This document shows positions 1-7,905 of a stretch of 17,983 bases of DNA, piece after piece. Origin of the DNA: Gemmatimonadaceae bacterium (GTDB lineage Bacteria > Gemmatimonadota > Gemmatimonadetes > Gemmatimonadales > Gemmatimonadaceae); the NCBI GenBank assembly GCA_033763905.1, contig JANRJP010000129.1, positions 1 through 17,983 on the forward strand, written 5' to 3'. The notes under the pieces were generated by a model. The model worked only from the letters and a program-made list of their open reading frames with translations, was not told the origin of the DNA and did no database searches. Position 1 is the first letter of the stretch, and each line of letters opens with the position of its first letter. The translations under genes were made by a program, and so were the position numbers.

Positions 1-177
1 CTGAGCGCCGAGTGGGTGAAGTCGTTGCCGAATGCCCGCCTGCTCAGCGTGGAGGGCTGGCCGCAGTTTCCCTGGGTGCAGGGAAGCGCTCAGGCGGTGC
101 CCGCATTGCGCACCTTCCTTGCTGGCGAGTGGCCGACGCAGGCAAAGACCAAGCCTCCCGCCGACACCACTTCGTGA
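1..177 (+). CDS. 3' end of an alpha/beta-hydrolase-fold protein (partial, runs in from the left edge; not in the ORF track)
   Basis: Frame +1 is open from base 1 to TGA at 175-177: LSAEWVKSLPNARLLSVEGWPQFPWVQGSAQAVPALRTFLAGEWPTQAKTKPPADTTS*. This matches the usual alpha/beta-hydrolase C-terminus (LPNARL...G-x-x-H-F-P-W-x-E...I/L-x-x-F-L), but Gln occupies the catalytic His position. Confidence 0.75.
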   Translation: MSAEWVKSLPNARLLSVEGWPQFPWVQGSAQAVPALRTFLAGEWPTQAKTKPPADTTS

Positions 178-308
178 CGTAGCGACCCAGTCGCGTTACA
201 CAAGACGCGGCTGTGTCCGGACCGTGACGGTTCTGCCCTCAAGGTGATACTGGGTCCGGTCAGCTTTGGGTGTTGCCGTAGAACCGCTCCACCCATCGGG
301 TCCGTCCA

Positions 309-3300
309 GTGTCCGCGATTCGTTCGTGCGCGCGCGCGATACGCGCTGCTACCGTCTGCTTCAGTGTGGCGTCGTTCGTCGGCGCGACGCCGCTGGTTGC
401 GCAAGCGACCGGGGCCGGGAGTGCGTCCGACAGCGTGAAGGTACCGTTCATCCCCGCACCGTTCCGCGTGCCGGCGATGCCGTCGATTTCACGCCCGACG
501 GAGGCGTTGCGACTGGTCGAGCGCGCAGCACCGGACCGCACGACCACGCGCGCTGCATCGGCCTCGGCGCCTGACGCGCTGGCCGTCGCGCCGATTCCGG
601 CACCGGTGGTCGATCTGCCGGCGACCGTCGCTGCGCCGAGCACGACGGCAACACCCTCGCAGACGCCCACGACCACGACCGCGCCCGCGCGCGCCGCAGC
701 CGGCGCCGGGGCGACCAATCGCATCGTGGGTCAGGTGGTCGACCGCGAGACCGGCCGTCCGTTGCAGGGCGTGCAGGTGAGCATCCCGTTGCTGCGCATC
801 GGCGGCGCGAGCGATCTGGACGGTCGGTACGAGATCGCCCGCGTTCCCCTGGGCACGCACGCCGTGGTGGCGCGGCTGCTCGGGTACCGGCCGCAGCGCT
901 TCGACAGCGTGCGGGTGGCCGCGGGGGCGCCGGTCACGTTGAACATCGTGCTGGGCAATGCGCCCAGCGTGCTGCAGGGCGTGACCGTGACGGCCGAAGC
1001 GCCGACGCGTTCGGAATCGGATGTCGGCCTGCTCGCGATGCAGCGCAACGCCGCGGCGGCGTCGGACGGCATCAGCGCCGCTGCGATGAGCCGTACGCCG
1101 GCCTCGAACGCGGCCGACGCCATCACCAAAGTGCCGGGTATCTCGGTGGTCGGAAACAAGTTCGTCGTCGTGCGCGGGATGGCGGATCGCTACAACGGCA
1201 CGACGTTGAACGGTGCGGAACTGCCGAGCCCGGAGCCGAGTCGGCGCGTGGTGCCGTTGGACATTTTCCCCTCGTCGTTGCTCGAGTCGATCATCACCGT
1301 GAAGTCGGCGACCCCGGACAAGCCGGGCGACTTCAGCGGCGGTCTCGTGGAAGTGAAGACGCGCGAGTTTCCCGAGCAGTTCTCGGCGCAGGTGTCGGTC
1401 TCGCAGGAGGCGAACGACCTCACGACGGGTGTGTCCGGCTTGTTCCCGGCGTTGCGCGGCGGAGACGTGCTCGGTTTCGGCGAACGCCGTCGACTGCTGG
1501 ATGCGTATCCGGGGCAAGTCGAAGGGGTGGCCTTCGATCGCTATCTGCAGCGCAACTACGCGCGCGAGGTCGTGCCCGAAGCGCGGCGGCCGCTCCCGAA
1601 CCTCGGCGTGAACGCGACCGCCGGCGGTCGGGTCGAGACGCTGCTCGGCACGCTGGGCATCGTGGGCTCGCTCGGATACAGCAACGAAGCGCGTCGCACG
1701 CCGAATCGCGATTTCGTCTTTCGGCAGGGTGGCTCCGATCTGGTCACGCGGTCCTACGTCTACAACGAGTGGCAGGCCGGCGTCGATCTGAACGGGCTCT
1801 TGAATGTGTCGCTGAAGCCGGTGTCGTGGACCAAGCTGGGATGGAAGTCCGTCTATACGCGGAACGCCGAAGATCTCCACCTGCAGGGCATCGGGTTCTC
1901 GGAGGAGCGGGACGGGCAGACGCTGTATCAGTACCAGCGCCGCTACATCGTGCGGGAGCTGCTCCAGACGCAGCTCTCCGGTGAGCACACGATCAGCCCG
2001 CTCCGTGACGCGCGGTTCGAGTGGCGAGCCACGCTGGCGGAAGCGCGTCGCACGGAGCCCGAGAACAATCAAGCCCGCTACGTGAAGGCGCCTGATGGGC
2101 GGTTCCAGTTCGACTACGCCTCGCAGCCGTCGTTTCAGGATCGCCGCTTGTTCGACGGCATCGGCACGGTGCAAGCGGATATCACGCTGCCGTTCAGCAT
2201 CTGGTACAACGACGACGCCTCAGTGAAGTTCGGCGGCCTGAGCCGCAACAAGCGGCGGGCGTTCGATGCCCAGCTGATGTACTACTTCAACAACCAAGTG
2301 GTCTTCGGCGAGCCCACCGGCACTCGGTTCGACGAGCGCCGCCTGCTGACGCCGAATCAACTCTTCGTTCCCGAGAACTTCGGCTACAACACGTCGATGC
2401 TCTACGTCGCACCTCGGCCCGACTTGGCCGTGACGTACAGCGCGGCGGAGGCGTTGAGCGCCGGTTACGCGATGGTCGACATTCCCGTGCGGCAGTGGCT
2501 GCGGTTCGTCGGCGGCGCACGGTACGAGACCTGGGCGCTTTCCCTCGTCTACGGGCGCGGCACGCAGTTCGAAGACACCCTCGGCACCAAGGGACCGGAT
2601 CTCCTGCCGTCGGCGAATCTCACCGTGAAGTTCGGCAAGAAGGTGAATCTCCGAATGGCGTACTTCGAAGCCATCTCGCGTCCGGACGCCCGGGAGATCT
2701 CGCCCGACGTCTACAATCCGATCGCCGGCGACTGCAATCAGCGCGGATCACCGAATCTGCGGCGCACCCGGACGACCAACGGCGACGTGCGGCTCGAGTA
2801 CTTCCCCGACCTCGGGGAGCTGATGTCGGTGAGCGCCTTCGTGAAGACCTTCCGCGATCCGATCGTCGAGACGATCGCGTTCTTCTCGGACGCCTGCCTG
2901 ATTTCGCCGATCAACGCCACGAGCGCGCGTAACGTCGGCGCCGAGATCGAGCTGCGCCGCACCATCCGCCAGGCATTCAACGTCGGTGTGAATCTGACCT
3001 TCGTCCGCTCCGTTGTGGATCTCGATCGCCCCGACCAGGACGCAGGGCAGGAGTATCCGCTGGCCGGTCAGTCCCCGGTCATCGCGAACCTGTCGTTCGG
3101 CTACGAGCGGCCGGCGGGGCGTTTCTCGTGGGCCGTGGCGGCCAACTACTTCGATGACCGCGTGTATCGCTACGGCGGCGCGGACAACCCGCGCACTGGC
3201 CGCTTCGAGTCCGGGAACGTCTTCGAGAAGGGGCGGACGACGCTCGACCTCAAAATGACCCGCCGCATCGGGAAGGCCGCGGTGTCATTCTCGGGACGCA

Positions 3301-3419
3301 ATCTGCTCAACGCGCAGGCCATTTTCGACCAGGAAGTGCCCGGACGGCCGGACCGTCCGATCGCGATCCGGAATCCGATTGGTCGGTCGATTTCGATGAA
3401 GGTGAGCTATGATCTCTGA
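309..3419 (+). CDS. TonB-dependent outer membrane receptor with an N-terminal Ala/Pro/Thr-rich extension and a carboxypeptidase-regulatory-like domain
   Basis: 1036 aa, GTG start. Sec signal ends around PLVA|QA. Then a low-complexity linker, a CarboxypepD_reg-like domain (RIVGQVVDRETGRPLQGVQV...DLDGRYEI), a plug (DGISAAAMSRTPASNAADAITKVPGISV...VVRGMADRYN...VPLDIFPSSLLESIITVKS...GDFSGGLVEVKT) and amphipathic barrel strands. The C-terminal GRNLLN...GRSISMKVSYDL is typical of TBDRs. Confidence 0.95.
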   Translation: MSAIRSCARAIRAATVCFSVASFVGATPLVAQATGAGSASDSVKVPFIPAPFRVPAMPSISRPTEALRLVERAAPDRTTTRAASASAPDALAVAPIPAPVVDLPATVAAPSTTATPSQTPTTTTAPARAAAGAGATNRIVGQVVDRETGRPLQGVQVSIPLLRIGGASDLDGRYEIARVPLGTHAVVARLLGYRPQRFDSVRVAAGAPVTLNIVLGNAPSVLQGVTVTAEAPTRSESDVGLLAMQRNAAAASDGISAAAMSRTPASNAADAITKVPGISVVGNKFVVVRGMADRYNGTTLNGAELPSPEPSRRVVPLDIFPSSLLESIITVKSATPDKPGDFSGGLVEVKTREFPEQFSAQVSVSQEANDLTTGVSGLFPALRGGDVLGFGERRRLLDAYPGQVEGVAFDRYLQRNYAREVVPEARRPLPNLGVNATAGGRVETLLGTLGIVGSLGYSNEARRTPNRDFVFRQGGSDLVTRSYVYNEWQAGVDLNGLLNVSLKPVSWTKLGWKSVYTRNAEDLHLQGIGFSEERDGQTLYQYQRRYIVRELLQTQLSGEHTISPLRDARFEWRATLAEARRTEPENNQARYVKAPDGRFQFDYASQPSFQDRRLFDGIGTVQADITLPFSIWYNDDASVKFGGLSRNKRRAFDAQLMYYFNNQVVFGEPTGTRFDERRLLTPNQLFVPENFGYNTSMLYVAPRPDLAVTYSAAEALSAGYAMVDIPVRQWLRFVGGARYETWALSLVYGRGTQFEDTLGTKGPDLLPSANLTVKFGKKVNLRMAYFEAISRPDAREISPDVYNPIAGDCNQRGSPNLRRTRTTNGDVRLEYFPDLGELMSVSAFVKTFRDPIVETIAFFSDACLISPINATSARNVGAEIELRRTIRQAFNVGVNLTFVRSVVDLDRPDQDAGQEYPLAGQSPVIANLSFGYERPAGRFSWAVAANYFDDRVYRYGGADNPRTGRFESGNVFEKGRTTLDLKMTRRIGKAAVSFSGRNLLNAQAIFDQEVPGRPDRPIAIRNPIGRSISMKVSYDL

Positions 3420-5727
3420 TCGTCTGCAGGTGCGTCGTCTCGTGGCGTGGCTTCGGGCTGCCGGCGTGGCGTTGGCGGTCAGCTGTGGCGATGGGAGTAC
3501 CACGCCGGAAGCGCCAGCGATCGTCGAGGATGTGTCCTCCAGCATCGTCGCGGCGCGCGCGGTACGCCTGACGTGGCAAGCGTCGACGTCGGTGGGGCTT
3601 GGCTACGCCGTTGAGCGGCGGCTCGGATTCGCGGGCGCGTTCACCGAAATCGGCCGCGTGCGGCCGCAGAACACCGGCATTGTCGAGTTCATCGATACGA
3701 CCGTGGTCTCGAGCGCCCTGTACGGCTATCGCATTCGTGGTGTCGCATTGGACGGCTCGTTGACGGCACCGTCGCTGGCGCGCGGGGTTGAGACGCCGCC
3801 TGCACCGGGCCTGTTCATCGTGACGTCGGCCTCCGGTCCTCCGGGATCCGCGCCGGCGGCCCTGCGCGTCGTGGTGCAGCGCGGGGACACGGTGCTCCGC
3901 TCGCTGATCACCGGGTCGTCGGCGCAGCAGCTCGTGAGCCCGCTCAATAGCGGTCAGTACCGCGTGGCCTTGCGCAACGTGCCGACCACGTGCGCCGTGC
4001 AGGGCGATACGGCGCGGATGTCGATGGTACGTGACGACGTCGGCGCCCGCACGCTCGATACGCTGGCGTTCCGGATCGATTGCCGTGACCCGAACACGGC
4101 GCAGCTGGTGGTGCGGACGCGCATTACCGGCGTGGCGGTGGATACTGCGGTGCGATTGTTGGTCGCGGGGCAGGCCACCCAATCGTCGCTCCCCGACTCG
4201 CTGCGCGTCGTCAATGTGACGCAGCAATTGCGGACAGGCGGCGGCAACCCGGTGGAATTCCGACGCACGCTGTACCCGGGCTCCTACAGCATCCAACTGG
4301 ACGAGCTTGCACCGAACTGTACGATCACCGGCACCGCGGGGCGGAGCTACGTCGCGACGGCGGGGGCTATCGACACGGTCACGTTTGAAGCGTCCTGCAT
4401 CCGCGTCCGCCCGGAGCCGCCTCCACTCGAGGTCAAGCCGGTACGCATTCGATGGACCTTCACGCCGTCGACCGCCGATCGGCCGGACACCGTCGTCTTG
4501 ACGGCGGTATACGACCAGACCGCGTTGGGGACGGAGCGGGGATTCTCCGCGCTGGAATTCACGGTCGGATACGATGACGCCGTGATGCAGTTCATCGACT
4601 TCGAGCCGGCGGATCTTGCGATCGCTGCGGCCAACGAGAACACGCCGGGCGTCATTCTGGCCGCGCTGGGCAACACGAGCGGGCAGCGCCGAGGCAATCT
4701 GGTCAATTTGGGCGCGTTCCGATTTGCGATCACATCGGCGTCGGCCGCTTCGGTCTCGACCGAGACGCGACTCGCGTTCATCGAGCGTGACATCATTGCC
4801 GGTACGCGGGTCGACACCGCGCGCGTCTACGTCGAGGAGGGCGAGCTGACCATCACCGCTGCCTCGTCGCCGACCAATCCGCCGGGTGGCGGGAATCCCA
4901 CGAATCCGCCGGGTGGCGGCACGCCCACGGTGGTCGCGCGGGCCAACGGGCCGTACACCGGTACTGCAGGGACGGCGATCCAGTTTACGTCTACCGGGTC
5001 GACGGTGGGTTCGGGCATCGGCTACCGATGGTTCTTCCCCGGCGGGCTCGAGTCATCGCAGCAGGCGCCGCAATTCACCTTCGCATCGGCCGGTAGCTAC
5101 GTCGTTCGACTCGAGGTGAACCAAGGCGCGGTCGTGGCGCGAGACTCGGCGATTGTGACCGTCGCGGCAGCGCCGACGTCGCCGACCAATCCGACCAACC
5201 CGACGAATCCCACGAATCCGACGAATCCGACCAACCCCACGAATCCGACGCCGCCGGTGACGAACGGCCCCGCGCTGTACTACACGTTCAGCCAGCCGTT
5301 CAGTGGGACCGGGGGGCAGGTCACGACGATGACGGTGTTCCTCGATTTGTCGCGCGATGTTGCCGCGACGAACGGCCCCGAGGTGCTGGGCAGCTGGTCC
5401 ATTGCGCAGTTGCGCTTCGATCCGTCGGTGCTGCAGTTCCGGCCCGGCACCGTGCGCGTCGGGCAATGGCACAACATCACGTCGTCGTCGGACCAACCCC
5501 TGGCGACGCAGGGCGTGTTGACGATCAGTGCCAATACCACGGCGGGGCAACCGAACCGCACCGGGCTCATTCAGTTGGCGCGCATCGACTTCACGCTCGT
5601 CGGGGGACCGAACAGCCGGATGACGACGCAGACGATTCTGGGGTCGATCATCGGCTCGGGCGAAGTGTCGGCCTTCAATTACACGCCCTTCGTGACCGTG
5701 CAGGAAGCGACCTACGTGATTCCCTGA
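3409..5727 (+). CDS. Modular lipoprotein (scaffoldin-like): FN3, two Cys-paired beta-sandwich modules, cohesin-like, PKD, (PTN)7 linker, cohesin-like
   Basis: 772 aa; overlaps the TBDR end by 11 nt. Lipobox ALAVS|C26. FN3 motifs VRLTW...YAVER...FIDTTV...YGYRIRG. PKD motifs ANGPY...YRWFF...FASAGSYVVRLEV (about 4930-5166). Cohesin-like segments at about 4441-4857 (FSALEFTVGYDDAVMQF...NLGAFRF) and 5272-5724 (LRFDPSVLQF...LARIDFTL). The CDS is certain; the cohesin calls are motif-level. Confidence 0.85.
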   Translation: MISDRLQVRRLVAWLRAAGVALAVSCGDGSTTPEAPAIVEDVSSSIVAARAVRLTWQASTSVGLGYAVERRLGFAGAFTEIGRVRPQNTGIVEFIDTTVVSSALYGYRIRGVALDGSLTAPSLARGVETPPAPGLFIVTSASGPPGSAPAALRVVVQRGDTVLRSLITGSSAQQLVSPLNSGQYRVALRNVPTTCAVQGDTARMSMVRDDVGARTLDTLAFRIDCRDPNTAQLVVRTRITGVAVDTAVRLLVAGQATQSSLPDSLRVVNVTQQLRTGGGNPVEFRRTLYPGSYSIQLDELAPNCTITGTAGRSYVATAGAIDTVTFEASCIRVRPEPPPLEVKPVRIRWTFTPSTADRPDTVVLTAVYDQTALGTERGFSALEFTVGYDDAVMQFIDFEPADLAIAAANENTPGVILAALGNTSGQRRGNLVNLGAFRFAITSASAASVSTETRLAFIERDIIAGTRVDTARVYVEEGELTITAASSPTNPPGGGNPTNPPGGGTPTVVARANGPYTGTAGTAIQFTSTGSTVGSGIGYRWFFPGGLESSQQAPQFTFASAGSYVVRLEVNQGAVVARDSAIVTVAAAPTSPTNPTNPTNPTNPTNPTNPTNPTPPVTNGPALYYTFSQPFSGTGGQVTTMTVFLDLSRDVAATNGPEVLGSWSIAQLRFDPSVLQFRPGTVRVGQWHNITSSSDQPLATQGVLTISANTTAGQPNRTGLIQLARIDFTLVGGPNSRMTTQTILGSIIGSGEVSAFNYTPFVTVQEATYVIP
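4870..4920 (+). repeat. Coding tandem duplication PTNPPGGG(N) x2, 27-nt period, interdomain linker
   Basis: ccgaccaatccgccgggtggcggg-aat-cccacgaatccgccgggtggcggc, lying between the first cohesin-like domain and the PKD domain. Confidence 0.9.
5182..5244 (+). repeat. Coding 9-nt tandem repeat, (Pro-Thr-Asn) x7 linker
   Basis: Seven units of CC(G/C)AC(C/G)AA(T/C) with synonymous variation, flanked by PTS and PTPP. Confidence 0.95.
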
Positions 5728-5731
5728 CGGT

Positions 5732-5760
5732 CGGCGGCGCATCGCGATGATGCGCCGCCG
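5732..5760 (+). terminator. Perfect 12-bp GC-rich hairpin just after the 5727 stop (terminator-like or mRNA-stabilising; no U-tract)
   Basis: CGGCGGCGCATC-gcgat-GATGCGCCGCCG, followed only by TTACA. Confidence 0.6.
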
Positions 5761-5905
5761 TTACAGGTCACGTTACATCGGCATTCCGCGTACCTCGCTG
5801 GTACACGAACACCACGCGAATAGCGACCTGACAGACCGATCCTACGCCCGTTCCCTACGGGCCATCGGATCACCGGTGGTCTCCCCACCCAATCCACCAT
5901 CGTGT

Positions 5906-5910
5906 GGAGG
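5906..5910 (+). promoter_or_regulatory. Shine-Dalgarno sequence for ATG 5916
   Basis: GGAGG lies 5 nt upstream of ATG 5916. Confidence 0.8.
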
Positions 5911-5915
5911 TTGCA

Positions 5916-7829
5916 ATGTCGTTGTTCCGTCTTCCGAGCCGTCGCCTGCTCGGAGCCTCGTTCGCCCTCGCCGCGCTGACGTTGTCGGCGTGCGCCGAGA
6001 AGTCTGCGGCCCCGGATGCGCCGGTGCTGCCCGAAGAGCCGACGATCGCCCCGAACATCAAGGCGGCGGCGTTCATCTTCGACGTCGACCGTGCCAGCGG
6101 CAAGGTTCGCGTCATCGCGCCGTCGAGCGGCTCGGTTGCGGGCCTGCAGAGCGGCAACGCCAGCCTGTCGCTCCGCGGCGGTAACGGCAAGCAGCTCTCG
6201 ATCCTCGCCGGTGACGTCATCGAACTGACGACCGAAAACTTCACCGCCTCGGGCGTGGGCACCGGTGGTGCGCCGGCCGGTCGCGTGTTCGTCTCGTTCG
6301 ACGTCCGCATCTTGAACCGCCTGAACTCGGTTCGCCTGGTTCGTCCGACCTTCCCGGCGCCGCCGGCTGGTCTCTCGGCCTCGCAGCAGGTCCTGCTGTT
6401 CCCCTTCGCGGCCTCGACGGTCGTGACGCAGGGTGGGACGTCCACGACGGGTGCTGGCGACGAAGTCGTCGTCGAAGCGCCGTCGACGGGCAACGTGGAA
6501 GCCGCCCTCTCGGGCGTGATCGACAGCCGCGACGCGTTTGATGGCGCGCCGCACAACTTCTTCGACGACACGCTCGGCACCTGCGCCGTCGGCAACCCGA
6601 ACTGCTTCTTGTACGAGGCGTACCCGGTCATCGGGCCGAACGAAAACACCGCCGCCCGTCGCGTCGGCTTCGTGATCGACCCGACGGTCAACCGCTTCCG
6701 CGCCCGCCTGCTGATCGCCGCCAACCTCGAGAACGCCGTCGCCACGTTCGGCACGATCTCGGGCACGGTGTCGTCGCCGGTCGCCGGCATCGGCGCCCTC
6801 GCCGGTGTGACGGTCAACGCGGGTGCCGGCTTCAGCGCCGTCACGAACGCGCTCGGCCAGTACAGCATCGCGAACGTCCCGACCGGCAACCGCACGGTCT
6901 CGATCGGCTCGGCGCTGCCCGCCGGCTGCTCGGCCTCGGCCGTCAGCACGACGGTCGCCGCTGATCCGGCTGCCACGACGGTCAACTTCAGCCTCACCGG
7001 CTGCATCGCCCCGACCGGTTCGGTCTCGGGCTCGATCAGCTCGTCGCTCGGCGGCGCGCTCGCCGGCGTCGGCGTGATCATCACGCCGGACGGTGGCTCG
7101 GCCCAGCCGACGGTCTTCACCGCCGCTGGCACGGGCGCCTTCTCGGCCGTCCTGCCGACCCCGCTCTCGGGTTCGATCGGTGGCCGCATCACGGGCTTCA
7201 CGAACGTCCCGGGCAACTGCACCGCGCCGACCCCGGCGCCGGGCACGCTCAACTTCACCGGCCTCGCCAACGGCGGCTCGGCCACGATCCCGGCGATCAC
7301 GTTCACCTGCGCGCCGCCGCCGGCGATCTACGTGCTCACGCCGACGATCCGTGCCTCGACCCGCGCCGGCGCTCCGGCCAACGAGCGTGAAATCGTCCTC
7401 AACATCGACCTCACGCAGAACCGCACCGAGAACTACGGCGCTGCTGCCGACTCGATCCAGGGCATCACGTTCGAGTTCACGTTCAGCCCGGCCTCGGTCT
7501 CGCCGGTGAGCTCGGTGGACGGCGACGGCAACGCGGAAGGCGGCATCGCCTTCTCGGCCACGCAGCGGATGGAGACGGCGATCTTCAACCCCGCCACGGC
7601 CGCCAACCAGGCGACGCTCGCGGTCTTCTCGACCGGTGGCCCGCAGCAGGCTGGTGCCTCGAACGTCGGCATCTTCCGCTTCGTCGCCCCGTCGGGCGCG
7701 ACGGTGAACGTCTTCCTGAGCCAGGCCGCCAACGGCGTGGCGACGGACCTCGTGCCCTTCTTCCGCGGCCCGAGCCCGACGAACGCGCTGTTCAGCTCGG
7801 CAGCCCCGATCGTCGTCACCGTCCCGTAA
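5916..7829 (+). CDS. Surface lipoprotein: unknown N-terminal domain, two carboxypeptidase-regulatory-like Cys-paired modules and a C-terminal divergent cohesin-like beta-sandwich
   Basis: 637 aa from ATG 5916, which has an SD. Lipobox LTLSA|C. Modules GTISGTVSS...LAGVTVN...TNALGQYSIANVPTG and GSVSGSISSSLGGALAGVGV. C-terminal domain EIVLNIDL...IQGITFEFTFSPASV...VGIFRF...IVVTVP. Codons are strongly C/G-ending. Confidence 0.85.
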   Translation: MSLFRLPSRRLLGASFALAALTLSACAEKSAAPDAPVLPEEPTIAPNIKAAAFIFDVDRASGKVRVIAPSSGSVAGLQSGNASLSLRGGNGKQLSILAGDVIELTTENFTASGVGTGGAPAGRVFVSFDVRILNRLNSVRLVRPTFPAPPAGLSASQQVLLFPFAASTVVTQGGTSTTGAGDEVVVEAPSTGNVEAALSGVIDSRDAFDGAPHNFFDDTLGTCAVGNPNCFLYEAYPVIGPNENTAARRVGFVIDPTVNRFRARLLIAANLENAVATFGTISGTVSSPVAGIGALAGVTVNAGAGFSAVTNALGQYSIANVPTGNRTVSIGSALPAGCSASAVSTTVAADPAATTVNFSLTGCIAPTGSVSGSISSSLGGALAGVGVIITPDGGSAQPTVFTAAGTGAFSAVLPTPLSGSIGGRITGFTNVPGNCTAPTPAPGTLNFTGLANGGSATIPAITFTCAPPPAIYVLTPTIRASTRAGAPANEREIVLNIDLTQNRTENYGAAADSIQGITFEFTFSPASVSPVSSVDGDGNAEGGIAFSATQRMETAIFNPATAANQATLAVFSTGGPQQAGASNVGIFRFVAPSGATVNVFLSQAANGVATDLVPFFRGPSPTNALFSSAAPIVVTVP

Positions 7830-7835
7830 TGCCGC

Positions 7836-7880
7836 TCGTCACAGCCCTCCGCACACCGTCGTGCGGAGGGCTTGTGGCGA
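7836..7880 (+). terminator. Long intergenic hairpin (12-bp perfect core, about 19 bp with one bulge; no U-tract)
   Basis: AGCCCTCCGCAC (7843-7854)-accgtc-GTGCGGAGGGCT (7861-7872), extended by TCGTCAC/GTGGCGA. Confidence 0.6.
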
Positions 7881-7905
7881 CGACCCCTCTCCTCGGAATC
7901 TCTCC

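Noticed and set aside
178..308. Riboswitch (cobalamin or TPP) or Fur box upstream of the TBDR; possible promoter GTGACG-N16-GATACT at 224-251
   Set aside because: No conserved riboswitch core or AT-rich Fur palindrome is visible, only short stems such as GCGAC/GTCGC. The promoter match is too weak to call.
5182..5244. Short tandem repeat as a CRISPR array or contingency repeat
   Set aside because: The units are 9 nt, in frame, without spacers and synonymously diverged, so it is a protein linker.
309..5727. Classical SusC/SusD polysaccharide utilisation locus or true cellulosome
   Set aside because: The TBDR lacks SusC-type signatures, the next gene is beta-rich rather than a helical SusD, and I recognise no glycoside hydrolase or CBM3. 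A lyase-like role for the beta-helix cannot be excluded.
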